In this document: piece after piece, positions 28,421-41,635 of the stretch
Layout of the letters: each line of letters begins with the position of its first letter
How positions within the stretch are numbered: position 1 is the stretch's first letter
Source: the human T2T-CHM13v2.0 reference genome, Homo sapiens
DNA length: 64,000 nucleotides
Assembly: GCF_009914755.1 (NCBI RefSeq)
Contig: NC_060939.1
Direction: 5' to 3' (one strand)
The notes under the pieces: generated by a model
The model's database searches: none
Told to the model about the DNA's origin: nothing
Seen by the model: only the letters and a program-made list of their open reading frames with translations
Made by a program: the position numbers and the translations under genes

Positions 28421-28796
28421 ACAGTATACTGGCTATTGTGGAGACTTATTACACCCTTAGGAAACACTGACAAGAGCTACAAACCTAATGTGGAAAGCTG
28501 GAAAGCTTCCCGTAAGTGCATAAGGCAGATCTCTATTAGGAGTGTGTATGCTCATGTCAAGGTTTCTGTATATTAATGACTACATATGTGAATTAGGGGC
28601 TGAATAGCAATAAGCACACCTACAGCAAGGAGAGGCAGAATGCCTCTGAATTCCAGGCTGAAGGAAAGGAGTAAGGCTTGGGAGAATAAGGATTCTCTTG
28701 GAATAAGGTTCTCTTGGAACCAGCCAAGAGAAGTGGACAGTTATACAGATCTTAAGTTCAAATCCTGAATCATTTACTAACCAACTGTATAAACTT

Positions 28797-29328
28797 GGTA
28801 TTTTGCTTATATTGCTACATAACACACCACCCTAAAACTTAGTATCTTAGTACAACAACATTGATTTTGCTCATGGCTCTGCAACTGGGGCCAGACTTGG
28901 CAGGGTCAACTTATCTGTGCCCCCCTAGGCATGAGATTGGAAGCTGGCATCTTTGGAAGGTTTGGCCATCAGTACTGGGTGTTAGTTAGCTGGGACCTCA
29001 GCCAGAGCTGTTGCCCAGATCCACACGTGGCCTCTCCATGTGGCATGAGCTTCCTCACAACATGGCAGCTGGGTCTTAATGGTGAATATTCCTAAAGAGA
29101 GAGAAAGGGCTAGACAAAATGTGACCTTTTATTGATATAACCTGAGAAGTCATGCACCATCACTTCCACAACATTCTACTTATTGAGACAATCATAAAGA
29201 CCAACCAACTTTCAAGGAGAGAAAAAAATGTACTTCACCTCTGGGCAGGAGAGTATCCAAGTTCAGGATGTGCCTATGCTGCTGGGAACATTGCTGTGGT
29301 CATATTTTGAAGCTACCATCTGCCATAC
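28797..29328 (-). mobile_element. MLT1 (F/G/H-like) solo LTR inserted into a MIR
   Basis: TATTGCTACATAACACACCACCCTAAAACTTAGT start and GGCCTCTCCATGTGGCATGAGCTTCCTCACAACATGGCAGCTGGG. MIR halves flank it (~28740-28796 and ~29329-29460). Confidence 0.75.
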
Positions 29329-32300
29329 TTGGTTAAATTACTGAGGCTTCTAAGCCTCAGTTTCTTTGCCTGAAGAACTAGGATAATAAAACTTTATGGC
29401 GTTTGTACAAAGGTTAGAGATAATGTATGTCATGAGCTTGCACTGAGTAGGTGCTCAATAGAAAGTCTCAGCCCAGATTGGGGGTCAGGCCTGGGTAAGC
29501 AGAAATCACCTATTGCTCTTGCAGTGGTTGCTGAATTTCTCAGTGACACACCTGTACCTGGACAAGAAACACAATTGTCTGAACAAGAATAAAGTTAAAG
29601 GCCAAAGCACTCATCCTGCAGGCCCTTCCTAACTCCCTTTGGGACTTCTCACCAGGACCCTGTCTTAGGGAGGCATCAGTTCAGTTAGTTTCTCCTACAT
29701 TATTGCATATTTTTTAGGCAATTTAGGTTGGATGTAAACAATAAGTAACTAAAAATAATGAGTGAAACACTAGGATTTAGAAGGAATTTTGATCTCATTT
29801 TTGGGTGTTTACTTAAGTGTGTAGAAAAGTGCTTTATAAAAAGCCCTGACAGCAAAACAGGCTGGTTGGGTTATTCCCTAAAGCTAGTATGCTCTCCAAG
29901 TAAGTTTTGAGCCTGGGATAGCACAGTGGCTCACAGTATACCAGATTAAAACATTTAAAACACAAAAATCTGGTGTGATAAACCTAACTTAGAGTCACAA
30001 ATCTCAAAAAAAAAAAAAAAAAAAAGATTGTAAAGACAAGTCCATGATTTTTTGGGGTAACTCCATGACAGAAAGGTACAAATGAAATCTGAGCAGATAA
30101 GGCCTCCTGAAAAATCAAGATGTGATGGAAATCGCATTTCTGTACCTAAGTCAGTGGTAGGGATTCTTGGGAGGCTCCCTCTGCTGAGTTTTCTCATGAA
30201 TCCCAACTTTCTATTCCCTCTGTAAGTGGAAAATGGGAGAGAAAAGCAAGACAAATGGATAAAAATGCACTCTGTCTCAAGATAGTATTCATAAGGAGCC
30301 CTCTACAAAGAATTTCTTCAAAAGAGAGAGATGAAAGGGGGTCTGGTTTTTGCTGGCATTTGAGCTGGCATTTGCAGCATTACCGTATGACTTCGAGCAG
30401 GGCATGAGCAGCTCTTTGATTGCCAAAGAACAGTTGCACCTCTGTCAGAACAGCCCTCATGACTCATGCGGCTTAGCGGCAAAGCAAGGGATAAGAGCAG
30501 ATGTGAGGGGAAGATCACAGCAGAGGGAAAGTAGTTTGAATACCAAAAAAAGAACATATACAGAAAAGAGTACAAAAGAAGCGTGAGCATGAGGAAAGGT
30601 GAAAAGGACAAATTATTTGGTAGTCAGCACTGTGGCAGAGCACCTGTTGTCTTTAGAGACAACAGCATATCCAGGAGGAAATGCATTGTTCTTTCTTGAT
30701 CATAAAACTAAATGACTGCCTAGAAAGTGTGTCCGTGGGAGCAAACACCTTCCTTTTCTGTTGCCCTCATGCAACAGAAGCCTGATCTATATTGCAGAGT
30801 GTGGGAAACTTATTCAAATACTATTAGTTTGAAAATTAACACTTTTTAATAGTGCTTACTATGTGCCAGGTACTCTGCTAAACTCTACAAAAATGGAATC
30901 ATTTAATCTTCATGGCAACCTGAGAGATGGACAAGAAAACTGATGACCTTGTCTCTTTCAGTGACTCGTCACGGCTATCCTTATCTCCGTCCTTCACCAC
31001 TGCATTAGCAATTATTATTTTTTTAACTCTTACTATATCAGGTGCTCCTTACATCATCATACATCCCTCATCATTTTAGTCCTTTCAACAAGGACTAAAA
31101 TGCTGTGGGCACTATTTTCATTTCCACTTTCAATGAAATGTTAATATGATCATTTTACAATGAGACTTAGGAAGGCTAACCTACATAAAATGGTAAAACT
31201 GAATGGAAATTTCAAGAAAGATCCTGCTTAGCCTGTCCTCAGAGCTGGTGCCCAGAACCACCATGACATCCATATAAGGCAATAAACAATTCATTGGCAT
31301 CTGGTGTATTTAGCGATATGAGAAATTCTGGTCCCAAGGAATTTCATGAGAGCCATAAAGTTGCTTGCTACTTCCACTCTCTGGTGGATGGGTTGCCAGA
31401 CACCTGGCATTAAATCATAGGATATTAGAGCTCCCCATCTCTGTGTCACCCCCATTGTATCGACAATGAAACTGAGGTACACAGTGCTAACTAAAGTCAG
31501 AATCAGTATTCAAAAATCGCATGACTACAGTCTACCACCCTCTTTCAAGAAATTCTTGGCCCGGAAAAATGGATCTATATTAATCCAGCCCATTTTTACT
31601 GGATGTTTATGTCTTCACTGAATGACAAAGCACAGGACACAGGACTGGAACATAAATTTTGGCCCTGCTTTCATTGTTAATGGGATTAGAGGTCTTTTAC
31701 TGTTCCATTTACTGACCGGTCTTGGAAAAGAATCTTATTCTGTCCTCTGTGAATAAACCTCACTTGATGAAATGACTTCTGCAAACTCCAGAAATGTTCT
31801 TAATTACATTAAAATTAGTCCTAAATTACCAGAAAAGTCTACTTGAAAATGTTTGTCAATTATTTTACTTCCAGATGGCAGACAACCACAAATCAAATCC
31901 AAAATGCATGCTGACATCTTTTAGTAGCAATCCCATATTTGGCCACAATCAACTGACTAATTCCTCAGAAAATTTATTCATTTGTTTAAAGAAAACCAAC
32001 AGCACTTACTGTGTACTCTTTAAACCCCATGTAATCACAGAAAGTGAGTGGCACACAAGACAAGTTAGTTGCCCAGTCCCCAAGGAACTGCCCCTATCGC
32101 AAAGAGGACAGATATGTCTACAAAGAAAATTCAGCAGAGCATTCATACAGCAAGGTAATCAAAGACTTATATGCTTAGAAACCCTAAGAACTGGGATGTG
32201 AACAAAGATGGAGTTCAAAGATCTCTTTCTAATTCCATCAGCTGGCTAATAATCAAATGGCCATTTACCAAAATGATTTGAAATTGCAGAATCTCCTGAT

Positions 32301-33049
32301 CTGCCTTCAGAATTAATGCTCAGGATAATGAATGCCCAGTTCCTTCAGATGTTTAATTACTGAAGGGCCTTACTTTCCAAGACAGAGACTAGACAAACTC
32401 AGGAAGTGACATGGAATCTTAATGAGATGTATCTTGAGATGTCATGTAATTCAGACTCCATCTTCAGGCAAGACTCTCATTTTTAAAGACCTTGGGGAGA
32501 GAAACTTGACAACCTTCTTTGTTGACAGTTTTGACAACCCTCAGAAGGGTCTGCAGCAGTAGCTCTTAAAGTATGTCCCTATGCCATGGCCCTTATGGTC
32601 TCTTGTGGAAGCTTGACAAGGGCATACTCTGTGTTTATCCTGCATCTGGGACTGAGGTTTTGGTCCTCTTGGGTCTGGAAGATGGTCTGACTCTGCATCC
32701 AGAGGGAGTGAAGATTGTGGGGACCAAACCAGGGCTAAGGGGACATTGTATTCTGGTGGGGTGAGATAGACCGGGCTCCCTAGAGCAGGCGACAGTAGCT
32801 GAATTTTAACATTTGATAACAACGAACATCTGGATAATTCTTAATTTGCAAAGTTTTTTGACATATACCACATGCAGCTTCCAAAGCAAGGTTGGGATAA
32901 CAGCTTTGTAATGTAGATCATTGTCCCATTTAATCACATGGAAAATGAGATTCAGAGGATTTAAGTTACTAAACCCAGGTAGGCCTGGGACCACTATTAC
33001 TCCACCACTCCTCCTCCTAAAAATAGTAATCATGATGATAATGATAAAA

Positions 33050-33260
33050 AACATGTATGTGTTCCAGCCATTTCGTATGGAATATTTCATCCAATTTTCA
33101 TAATAGCTCAGCAAGGTAGGTAGTTTCTAAAAATCCCCATTTTACAGAAGATGAAAGTGGAATTTAGAAAAGTTAAGTAATTTGCCTGTGGTCTCCCAGC
33201 TAATGTGGTGAAACTGAATTCAAACTTAGGTAATTTGACACCTAAGCCCCTGCTCCTTCT
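33050..33260 (-). mobile_element. MIR
   Basis: ATCCCCATTTTACAGAAGATGAAAGTGGAATTTAGAAAAGTTAAGTAATTTGCCTGTGGTCTCCCAGCTAAT. Confidence 0.75.
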
Positions 33261-33732
33261 ATATTCACTAACATTTTAGAAAACAACCACAATTTCTACC
33301 AAAAGAGGGATTCAAAACCCTAATAAGTCCATATTAAGTATAGCTGATATTCTAATCCACTTGGACAGTAATAAAACCCACATCTCCCAATGTGGGAGAC
33401 ATTGCTGTCTCTACCCTCCTTGTTCCCCTTCACCTCTGAGAATTCCAGCGTTATCCTTACTTCCTTATGCATTAATTATGGTATGGGTTGATCCATGCCC
33501 CTCCCCACCCACAGGACACCAAGAAATGAACTGGGAGTATGGTCTACAACACCCTTGCCTTGAGCGGAAGGGAGGACCCTCAAAGAATAATACAGAGACC
33601 ATTGGTAATTTTCTTTCCAAACCACTTTCTTATCTATGATTCCTTTAAATTTTGAGTTTTATAGAGGAGGTGCCTGATGAGACGTGAAAAAACTAAATAC
33701 TTGTCTAACATCACAAAGAAGTTAGAGGCAGA

Positions 33733-34541
33733 AACAAACATATGAAAAAAAGCTCATCATCACTGATCATTAGAGAAATGCAAATCAAAACCAAAATGAG
33801 ATACCATCCCACACCAGTCAGAATGTCAGTTATTAAAAAGTCAAGAAACAATAGATGCTGGTGAGGCTGTGGAGAAATACAAATGCTTTTACACTGTTGG
33901 TGGGAATGTAAATTAGTTCAACCATTGTGGAAGACAGTGCGGCAATTCCTCAAGGATCCAGAACCAGAAATACCATTTAACCCAGCCATCCCATTACTGG
34001 CTATATACCCAAAGGAATATAAATCATTCTCCTATAAAGACATGTGCACACGTATGTTTATTGCAGCACTATTTACTATAGCAAAGGCATGGAACCAACT
34101 CAAATGCCCATCAATGATAGACTGGATAAAGAAAATGTGATACATATGCACCATGGAATACTATGCAGCCATAAAAAAGAATGAGATCATGTCCTTTGCA
34201 GGGACAAGGATGCAGCTGGAAGCCACCATTCTCAGCAAATTAACACAGGAACAGAAAACCAAACACCGCGTGTTCTCACTCATAAGTGGGAGTTGAACAA
34301 TGAGAATACATGGACACAGCGAGGGGAACAACACACACCCGGGCCTGTGTAGGGGTCAGGGGGAAGAGGAGGGAGAGCATTAGGACAAATACCTAATGCA
34401 TGCAGGGCTTAAAACCTAGATAATGGGTTGATAAGTGCAGCAAACCACCATAGCATATGTATACCTATGTAACAAACCTGCATGTTCTGCACATGTATCC
34501 CAGAACTTAAAGTAAAATATAAATAAATAAATAAATAAATA
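33733..34541 (+). mobile_element. 5'-truncated L1PA8-like element with intact TSD
   Basis: ORF2 C-terminus ([18 protein letters not shown] ... CPSMIDWIKKM), 3'UTR and (TAAA)n tail. 18-bp TSD AAAGAAGTTAGAGGCAGA at 33715-33732 and 34542-34559. Confidence 0.96.
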
Positions 34542-34793
34542 AAAGAAGTTAGAGGCAGAGCAGGATCTTAAACCCAGGTCTCTTCACCCATGTACTATAC
34601 AACACACTGGTCAACAAGTCAATTTAGTAAGCACTTGTGGAAAGGCTACTGTGATCCAAGTCTTGTGTTCAGTTCTCTAAAGCTTATAAGGAGACTCATG
34701 CATTTATTTAAGAAACTTTTACTGAGTACCTACGAGGTACCTGGCACTGCTAGGGGCATTAAAAATACAACAGAAAACAAAAAAGTTCTGCTA

Positions 34794-34872
34794 TCAGGTT
34801 GGTGCAAAAGTAATTGTATTTTTGCCATTACTTTCAATGGCAAAAACCACAATTACTTTTACACCAACCTAA
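34794..34872. mobile_element. MADE1 (Hsmar1 mariner MITE)
   Basis: ~80-bp palindrome TCAGGTTGGTGCAAAAGTAATTG ... CAATTACTTTTACACCAACCTAA flanked by TA (34792-34793, 34873-34874), inside an L2 tail. Confidence 0.95.
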
Positions 34873-35359
34873 TACTCTCATGGAGCTAAGATGCTACTGG
34901 GGGAAGAGAGACAAATATATGCAAAGAAGATCCAATGCAATTGCATTTCCATTTTTACCTTGAACAATCCTGACTCTAAATTACAAAGGCCAAAACTGAA
35001 TATAATATTCTAGTCATGGTTTTACTGTGCTACAGAATTTCTAGATATATCCAATATCATGCTTGCTTCTTTGGCACACAGGCTAGATTACATTCTCATG
35101 ACTGTTTGTCCATTATTTATTTTCAGCCCTTTTTTATGCAGTCTTGATAGAGTGACCCATCTTGTATTTACAGCTTGTTCCTATTAAATTTTATTGTTCA
35201 TTTATGGACACTTATACAAACAGCCAAGGTCTTGGTCTAAACTGACCGACTTCTAGAACCGTCTCTGAGACCCCTAGCCTGAAGTCATCTGTGAAGTTAA
35301 TGAGTGTAGAGACCTTATAAATCAGCACAAAGTTCCTGTGGGTTTTTTTTTTTTAAATC

Positions 35360-36132
35360 TATAGTGGACTAAAAGATAGTAACAATTTTTTTTCCTGCTC
35401 CTCTCAACACAAGGTGGATCTGTTTCTCCTTCTCTTGAATCTGGGTTGTCCCTGTGCCTTGCTTTGACCAATAGAATGCTTAGAACTGATGATCTGGGAC
35501 TTCTGAGTTCAGGTCTCAAAGGAACTGTTAGCATCAGCTTTTTCTTCCTTGAAAGTCAACTGCCAAGTGGTAAAGAGGCTCAGGCTATGTTGGGCGTGGT
35601 GGCTCATGCCTGTAATTCCAGCACTTTGGGAGACCAAGGCAAGTGGATCATTTGAGGCCAGGAGTTCAAGACCAGCACGGCCAACATGGCGAAACCCTGT
35701 CTTTGCTAAAACTATAAAAATTAGTCTGGTGTGATTGTGCACACCTGTAATCCCATCTATTCGGGAGGCTGAAGCACAAGCATCACTTGAACCCAGGAGC
35801 CAGAGGTTGCAGTGAGCCAAGATCACACCACTGTACTCCAGCCTGGGTGATAGAGCAAGACTCTGTCTCAGAAAAAAAAAAAGGCTCAGGCTAAATTCCC
35901 AAATCATGAGACACCATGCAGAGAGTATGAGAGACCATCTTGGATGTGCCAGCCTCAGCTGACCTCCCAGCTGAATGCAGCACCTGGGTGACCTCAGCTA
36001 CACTATGTGGAACAGAAGAACCATACAGCTAATCCTAGTCAATCCACAGAATTATGAAAAATAACAAATCACTATTGTAAAGCACAAAGTTTTCGGAAAG
36101 CTGGCTACTCAGCAATAGAAAACTGAAATACA
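35360..36132 (+). mobile_element. MLT1 (H/I-like) LTR interrupted by an Alu
   Basis: CTTGAATCTGGGTTGTCCCTGTGCCTTGCTTTGACCAATAGAATG. The 3' end reads CAGCAATAGAAAACTGAAATACA. Confidence 0.7.
35588..35881 (+). mobile_element. AluS (Sz-like) SINE
   Basis: Full dimer with A-tail; TSD AGGCTCAGGCTA at 35576-35587 and 35882-35893. Confidence 0.93.
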
Positions 36133-36261
36133 TTCTTGACTTGAATGCTCACAGGAGGAATGTTGGGGAAGAAAGGAAGGAGAAAAGGCTGGCTGGCTTT
36201 GAACCACACTGCAAATGGGTTCTTAGTTGTATTTTTTCTTTAATGCACCATGAAGCCATTA

Positions 36262-36455
36262 CCAGTAGTTTTCTAACATTGATCCTCCGACCAATGCTGA
36301 CTGCCAAGAATTATCTGAGAAATTTAACTAAAATACAGATTTCTGAACCCTCCCTTTGGTAATCTGGACACAATAGGTCCCAAATGGGGCCCAGAAATCT
36401 GTATTCTTACAAAAGTCTGCAAGCAATTCCAACGAGCATGCATATTTGATAATTT
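36262..36455. mobile_element. MER5-like hAT-Charlie relic
   Basis: AAAATACAGATTTCTGAACCCTCCC ... TGGGGCCCAGAAATCTGTATTCTTACAA internal palindrome typical of MER5. Confidence 0.6.
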
Positions 36456-37694
36456 GGGCTCTTAACTATGAATTATTTGAGGGCTAGAAGTAGGTTTATC
36501 CATCTATTTCTTGGCCTGTTACAGTGTCTGGCATATACGAGAACAAAATTCATGCTTAAGGAATGGATAAATAAGTAAATGAATAAATTGAGAAAGAACA
36601 GGGATATTTGTCCCATAGCCTGTTCTGTTTCAGATAATCTCTCACCCACTTTTGCACCCATGGTGTCCATGACAGCGCTATCACGTGTGCCTCATTCTTT
36701 CTTCCTCTTGTTGCTACCCAATAAGGATTTCTGTGGAGGTGAGAAGAATATGGACACAGTGTTAGGAAGGCGATAGGTGAGAGCTGTAAAGAGATACAGC
36801 ATTAGGACAATGCAGGTATGCAAAAATAAACAAAAGAGAGCAACACCACACAAACGAAAACTTGGCAAAGTCTTTGAACTATTTGCCTCACTAAAATCAG
36901 CCCCTGGAAACTAGAAAATAAACTCTCATTTTCTCTCCTTACTTACCTAGATGATTCTACTTTGGGGGGAAAGATATTCAAATTCAAGGACACTGTCACC
37001 TCAGGGAGCGTGGAGGAAGGAAGGAATAGAGAAAAGGCAAGGGATATTTGACAGAGGAGGAAGGACAGCCGGACACCTGGGGAGATGGACGGGACCATAG
37101 GGACCATAGGGATAATATCTCAGCCAAGGCGATTTGCTTCCTTTTTGCACCAAATTCTGTTCCTGTCATGCCAAGGAATCTCAGTCTAAGGCCTTCGAGA
37201 CCTGCATTTTAAAAACCTAAAAACCTGAAAGGCTTCCTCTCCCACTTGGGCTCTCAATCTTTCCTGAATACAAAAGACTGAAAAAAAGTAAAGATCTTGA
37301 AAAACAGTCCCAAACCATTTCCTGCAGCCTAATTCATTCTGATCCACACCTACTCAAATTACATTGGTGGCTTTGTTCTCTGGCTGCTTTACTTACTAAA
37401 TGACACAGCAAGCTCTCTAGGTAGAGGGAACAAACATACACAGAGGAGCCATGCACAAAAATAAACCAGGTTGAAACCAAAAAATGAACCAAACTCAAAC
37501 ATATTTTACAGACATTTAAAATGCCAAGGCCAGAATGGCTTCTAAAAAGCCTTCAGAATTAAAAAATCTACTCAAAACTTTGATATCAAGTATCACAATT
37601 TGCATTTTATTATATGAGTCATGCATGTTTATGGTAGAAAAATAAGAGAAGGGTTAGTTTAAAAAAAAAATTGTTTTTTACAATACCAGAAGAA

Positions 37695-37722
37695 ACACAC
37701 ACCACACACACACACACACACA
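37695..37722. repeat. (CA)n microsatellite, interrupted
   Basis: ACACACACCACACACACACACACACACA. Confidence 0.9.
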
Positions 37723-37724
37723 TT

Positions 37725-38900
37725 TTCTTAGGATAGATTTCTATCAGTAGCATTACAGGGTCCAATCTTTTGACAAATATTGTCAAATAACTCTTTGGAA
37801 AATATGTACTACTCAGCACTCTTGCTAGCTTTGTGGAAGTAGCCATTTCCTCACTTTTGCCATTCCAGGATAGAATCCTTTCTTACTCTGCTTAAGGGCC
37901 AGAAGAAAAATGTTTCTCATTATTCAAATTCTCTTTCTTTTTTTCCCCTCACCGGTAGGATTGTAAAGTTGAAACTCTTCTTATGTATTTCTTGGTCATT
38001 ATTATTCTTCTTTACCTTGGGTTCCTGAATTTTCTACTGGGGTATTCATATATTCAATATTGATTTGTAACAAACCTTTTAAGACTAGGGCTAGTAACCC
38101 TTTGCCATTGATAATACAGGTACTTTTCCTGGGTTGTCACTGTTTTTACATTTGTTTATAGCATAGCAGTTTTGAACAGATGGACTTGAATCTTTTCTAT
38201 GTCCTTGTTTTGTAACCTTAGGTAGATTATTTGATCTTTCTAGTCCTCAGTTCCCTCATCTATAAAATAGAAATCGTAATAGTACCTTGATCATTGGGTT
38301 AGATATCAAGTCATATCATGTCCTGATAACAGTCTCTGGTACATAATAAGCTTCAATCAATACTAGGTTTATGAATTTTAGTAGGTTTGTTGCCACTCTG
38401 ACATGTTAACTTCATTTAAAGTGTTTTTTTTCTTTTATGAATTCTGACCTTTGAGGTCATGCTTAGAAAGTCCTTTTCCACCCCCATTATTACACTTTTT
38501 TCTATTATTAAATTTTCTTCTTTACATTTAAATTTTTACTCCATCTGAAATCACCTGTGGTGTAAGTTTTGAGTTAGGGAACCTATAATAACTTCATTGT
38601 TGTCACAATATCATATACTGAATAACCATTCATTCCCTACTAGATCGAGAGACAACATGCATTATGAATCAAGCTCTTACACATGCAAGGGTTCAGTTCT
38701 GGGTTTGCATTTCTGATCATTGATCAACCTGTCTATTCCTAGGCCAATACTTTACTCTTTTAATGATTGTAGATAGCTTCACAGTATATTACAATATCTA
38801 ATGAGGCAAGACTTCTTATATTACTCTTCTTGGTTAAAATTGTATAATCATTCTATCAATTTATTATTTCAGATAAACTCTACAGTTGGAAATTCTGTCC
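37725..38900 (-). mobile_element. Very old L1M (L1ME-like) relic with an internal MIR (~38200-38370)
   Basis: T-rich reverse ORF2-type sequence (GCTTAGAAAGTCCTTTTCCACCCC; TTTACTCCATCTGAAAT; CTGTCTATTCCTAGGCCAATAC). Appears to continue at ~39345-39600. Confidence 0.6.
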
Positions 38901-38911
38901 AATTTCTTCCA

Positions 38912-39341
38912 TGTGGCAGATGCTGTGATGAGCCACCGAGATCCTCCTTCAGGAAGGAAGACTTATTCCTCCAGATGCTAAGAGTGCTACTGGAGGATGG
39001 CTCTCAGCTGTGAGCCCTCAGCTGAAGACAGTTGTCTCACCTTGATCAGGCCTCCTTCCAGAAGTAGCCTGCCTTTGATGACAAACTGATTGGGCTGAGG
39101 GGAACACTATAAAGGCCAGTTCTCAGTCCCTATTTGATATGACTCTCAAGATTAAAGCTAGTGCAGTGCTCCCCATGGGGACAGGGGAAGGCTTCTTTGG
39201 GACTGGTTTGCAGATCACATTCCCCATCTGCCCAGCTCTGCTTCTCCCCCAACCCCTCCATGGTCCAGGAGCTCTCCCAAATAAATGATCTGCCGACTAA
39301 CCTCAGTCCAGTTAGCTTTCTGGAAAGCCCAACCTGCAACA
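38912..39341 (+). mobile_element. LTR16-like (ERVL) solo LTR
   Basis: TGTGGCAGATGCTGTG start; TATAAAGGCCAG TATA region; AATAAA; ends TTCTGGAAAGCCCAACCTGCAACA. Confidence 0.75.
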
Positions 39342-40269
39342 TTTACTTATAAAAAAGTAAAATTGTTGGGTTTTGGATGAGATCCATTACATCTGATTAT
39401 TAATTTGGCAGGAATCAACATTTTTACTATAATATATTGTCTTCCCACTGTATATTTTTCTATCTGTTTCATTTTTTCTTATAATCTCAAAAACAGTTTG
39501 AAGTATTCTTCACATAGGATCTGGAGTTTCTTTTTAAGACTATTCCCAAGTATTTTTCATTTGGCATTGATATTATTAGTGAGATCTAGTACTTTTTCCT
39601 CCCTATGGTGCAAAATAAATTTACAATCCCAGACTATCTTGTAGAAGAAATTACATTATTTTGTGTGGCTTCAAAGTCCAGAAGTGGGATGATGGAAACA
39701 AATTACACAAAGACACCTTTTAGTTCACTATATGCACAACATTTCCAAGAACTAGGGTGGTCCACTTACTCCATCTCTGAGGAAGACATGAAAAAGACTA
39801 CCTTCAGGGATTGAGAGTCCCATGACCATGGAAGCACATAAGAAGGAATCAAATAATTATTTCAGAGATGTGATAGACTAGACTCATGTGTATACTTGGA
39901 CTAGATAATCTGAATCCAAGATTCAGCAACCAGGCTGCTTGAGGAAGCCTGACTTTACATCATCCACATTTCTCCCTCTCTGTTCTACTGGACAGAGCCT
40001 TACAAACCACCCTTCCTGTTCTTCTGGCTCTGAATCATGTTTTTATCTGAGGTCTTGCTAAAGCAAGAAGAATATGTTTAAGAGTTATCTTATCACAGAA
40101 ACATATCTAAGTAGAGAAGTAGGATTGATTCAAGAAATCTGTGACTACTTGAAATGTGAATTAAGCTTCATCACTAGCTATGAGGACCTGGAGTGAACTC
40201 ATAAAACAAAAACCAGAGAAATATAGTCTACAGAAAACAGGAACTGAAGAATATACTCATAATTTAAAG

Positions 40270-40455
40270 CAGGAATTGGCAGATGGCAGCCCAAAGACCC
40301 AATCCATTTCACCACCTGTTTTTTAAATAAAGTTTTATTGGAACACAGTTACACTCATTCATTTACATGTTATCTACAGCTGCTTTTGTGTTACAGGTAG
40401 AGTGGAATAGTTGTCAGAGACGCCATATGTCCTGCAAAATGTTGCCAACTCATTG
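40270..40455. mobile_element. MER58A-like hAT relic
   Basis: AAATAAAGTTTTATTGGAACACAGTTACACTCATTCATTTACATGTTATCTACAGCTGCTTTTG. Confidence 0.8.
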
Positions 40456-40664
40456 CTTGGAAGCAAAGTAACCTAAATAATCCAGTGGTTAAGACATGAA
40501 CTTTAGAGTCAGACTAAGCTTTGAATTTTGATTCTATTATTTTGTCATTGTATGACCTTAAGCAATAAACATGTCATTTTCAAGCCCCAATTATCTCCTC
40601 TATTAGCTTGGTGGAACCGGTGATAACCATAGCGTTTTTGACTGCTTAAATATGGCAGTGTTTG

Positions 40665-40983
40665 TGTGAGGTTCCAACCCAAGCTAGGGTCTGAGGGGAG
40701 AATGTGGATTGGTGGCGGGTAGTTGAAAGAACACTCGGGAGGCCATAGGCAAGTGGGACATGGCTTTTTTATGCACCTCCTCTCACAGTGTCAGTGATAC
40801 ATTTATGCACTTCACAGACAATAGTGGCTCAGAACCAGGTGATGAGCCCACCCATGACATGATTACATAACTGATTATATAATGCACAGGACTGTGCACC
40901 TGCACTCCAATCCTGCTGTGTCATGTTGCACTGGATGTCTACCTTGGCCTGCTCTTGACTGCCATGCAGCCATCTTCTTTACA
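40665..40983 (-). mobile_element. LTR18-like 3' LTR (HERV-S/HERVL18)
   Basis: Minus strand TGTAAAGAAGATGGCTGC ... TGAGCCACTATTGTCTGTGAAGTG ... GGAACCTCACA, preceded by the purine tract GGGTGGAA. Confidence 0.78.
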
Positions 40984-41635
40984 TTCCACCCGCTAGGCCG
41001 AGGGGGTCTTCTTAGTGGGGAAATGTGCCCACAGCAACAATACAGGGAACAGCAACCTACTACTAATATTCCTGCTATGCTGCCCGTGATTATCAGGGCC
41101 CAATGTAGACCACAGCCCAGGGATGCCCACCATCTCTGTAGTGGGTCCATCAGTAAGGTTCTCAACTGCTTTAATCTCCTGTGACATCCCTTGCAAGGCT
41201 GCTGTTATGTTTTGTTGATTGTCAGGAATAAATGTACAACACTGTGTCCCTATAAGGGCTCAGGTGCCACCTTGGGCAGCCGTTACTATATCTAAGTCCA
41301 TCCGGTTTTGCAGCACCACCTTTCTAGTTTGATCAGCCTAATTGGTTAACAGGAGGAGGGTGACTTGGGTGTAATTCAGGGCCTAAGCTGTGTGCCCTGT
41401 GCATTTCTACAGTAATGACACCTACTCAAGGGATAGTCAAAGCTAAGGGGTGGAGCTACCAAGGGGCCCGCCACACTCACAAAAACTGGGAACATAGTGC
41501 TTCCTAGTCATGTGGGCATCTAGGCAATGTGGGAAGCACAGTGGCAGGCACATAAGGCCACCCCCAGGTACAGCGGTCAGTGCAGTTCACTGACAAATAT
41601 GGCTACCCTGTGTCTCCACAGACCCATGAACTCCA
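40984..41635 (-). pseudogene. env: Decayed retroviral env (end of SU plus TM) of a 5'-truncated provirus
   Basis: Manual translation: WVCGDTG*PYLSVNCTDRCTWGWP...FL*VWR/APW*LHPLALTIP*VGVI...RKVVLQNRMDLDIVTAAQGGT*ALIGTQCCTFIPD...DPLQRWWASLGCGLHWALIITGSIAGILVVGCC. Contains ISU-like, CX6CC and transmembrane motifs with several stops and frameshifts. Confidence 0.9.

Noticed and set aside
37091-37112. GGGACCATA tandem 9-mer
   Set aside because: Trivial slippage duplication.
40600-40664. MADE2-like fragment beside the LTR18 end
   Set aside because: Resemblance too short and degenerate to call.
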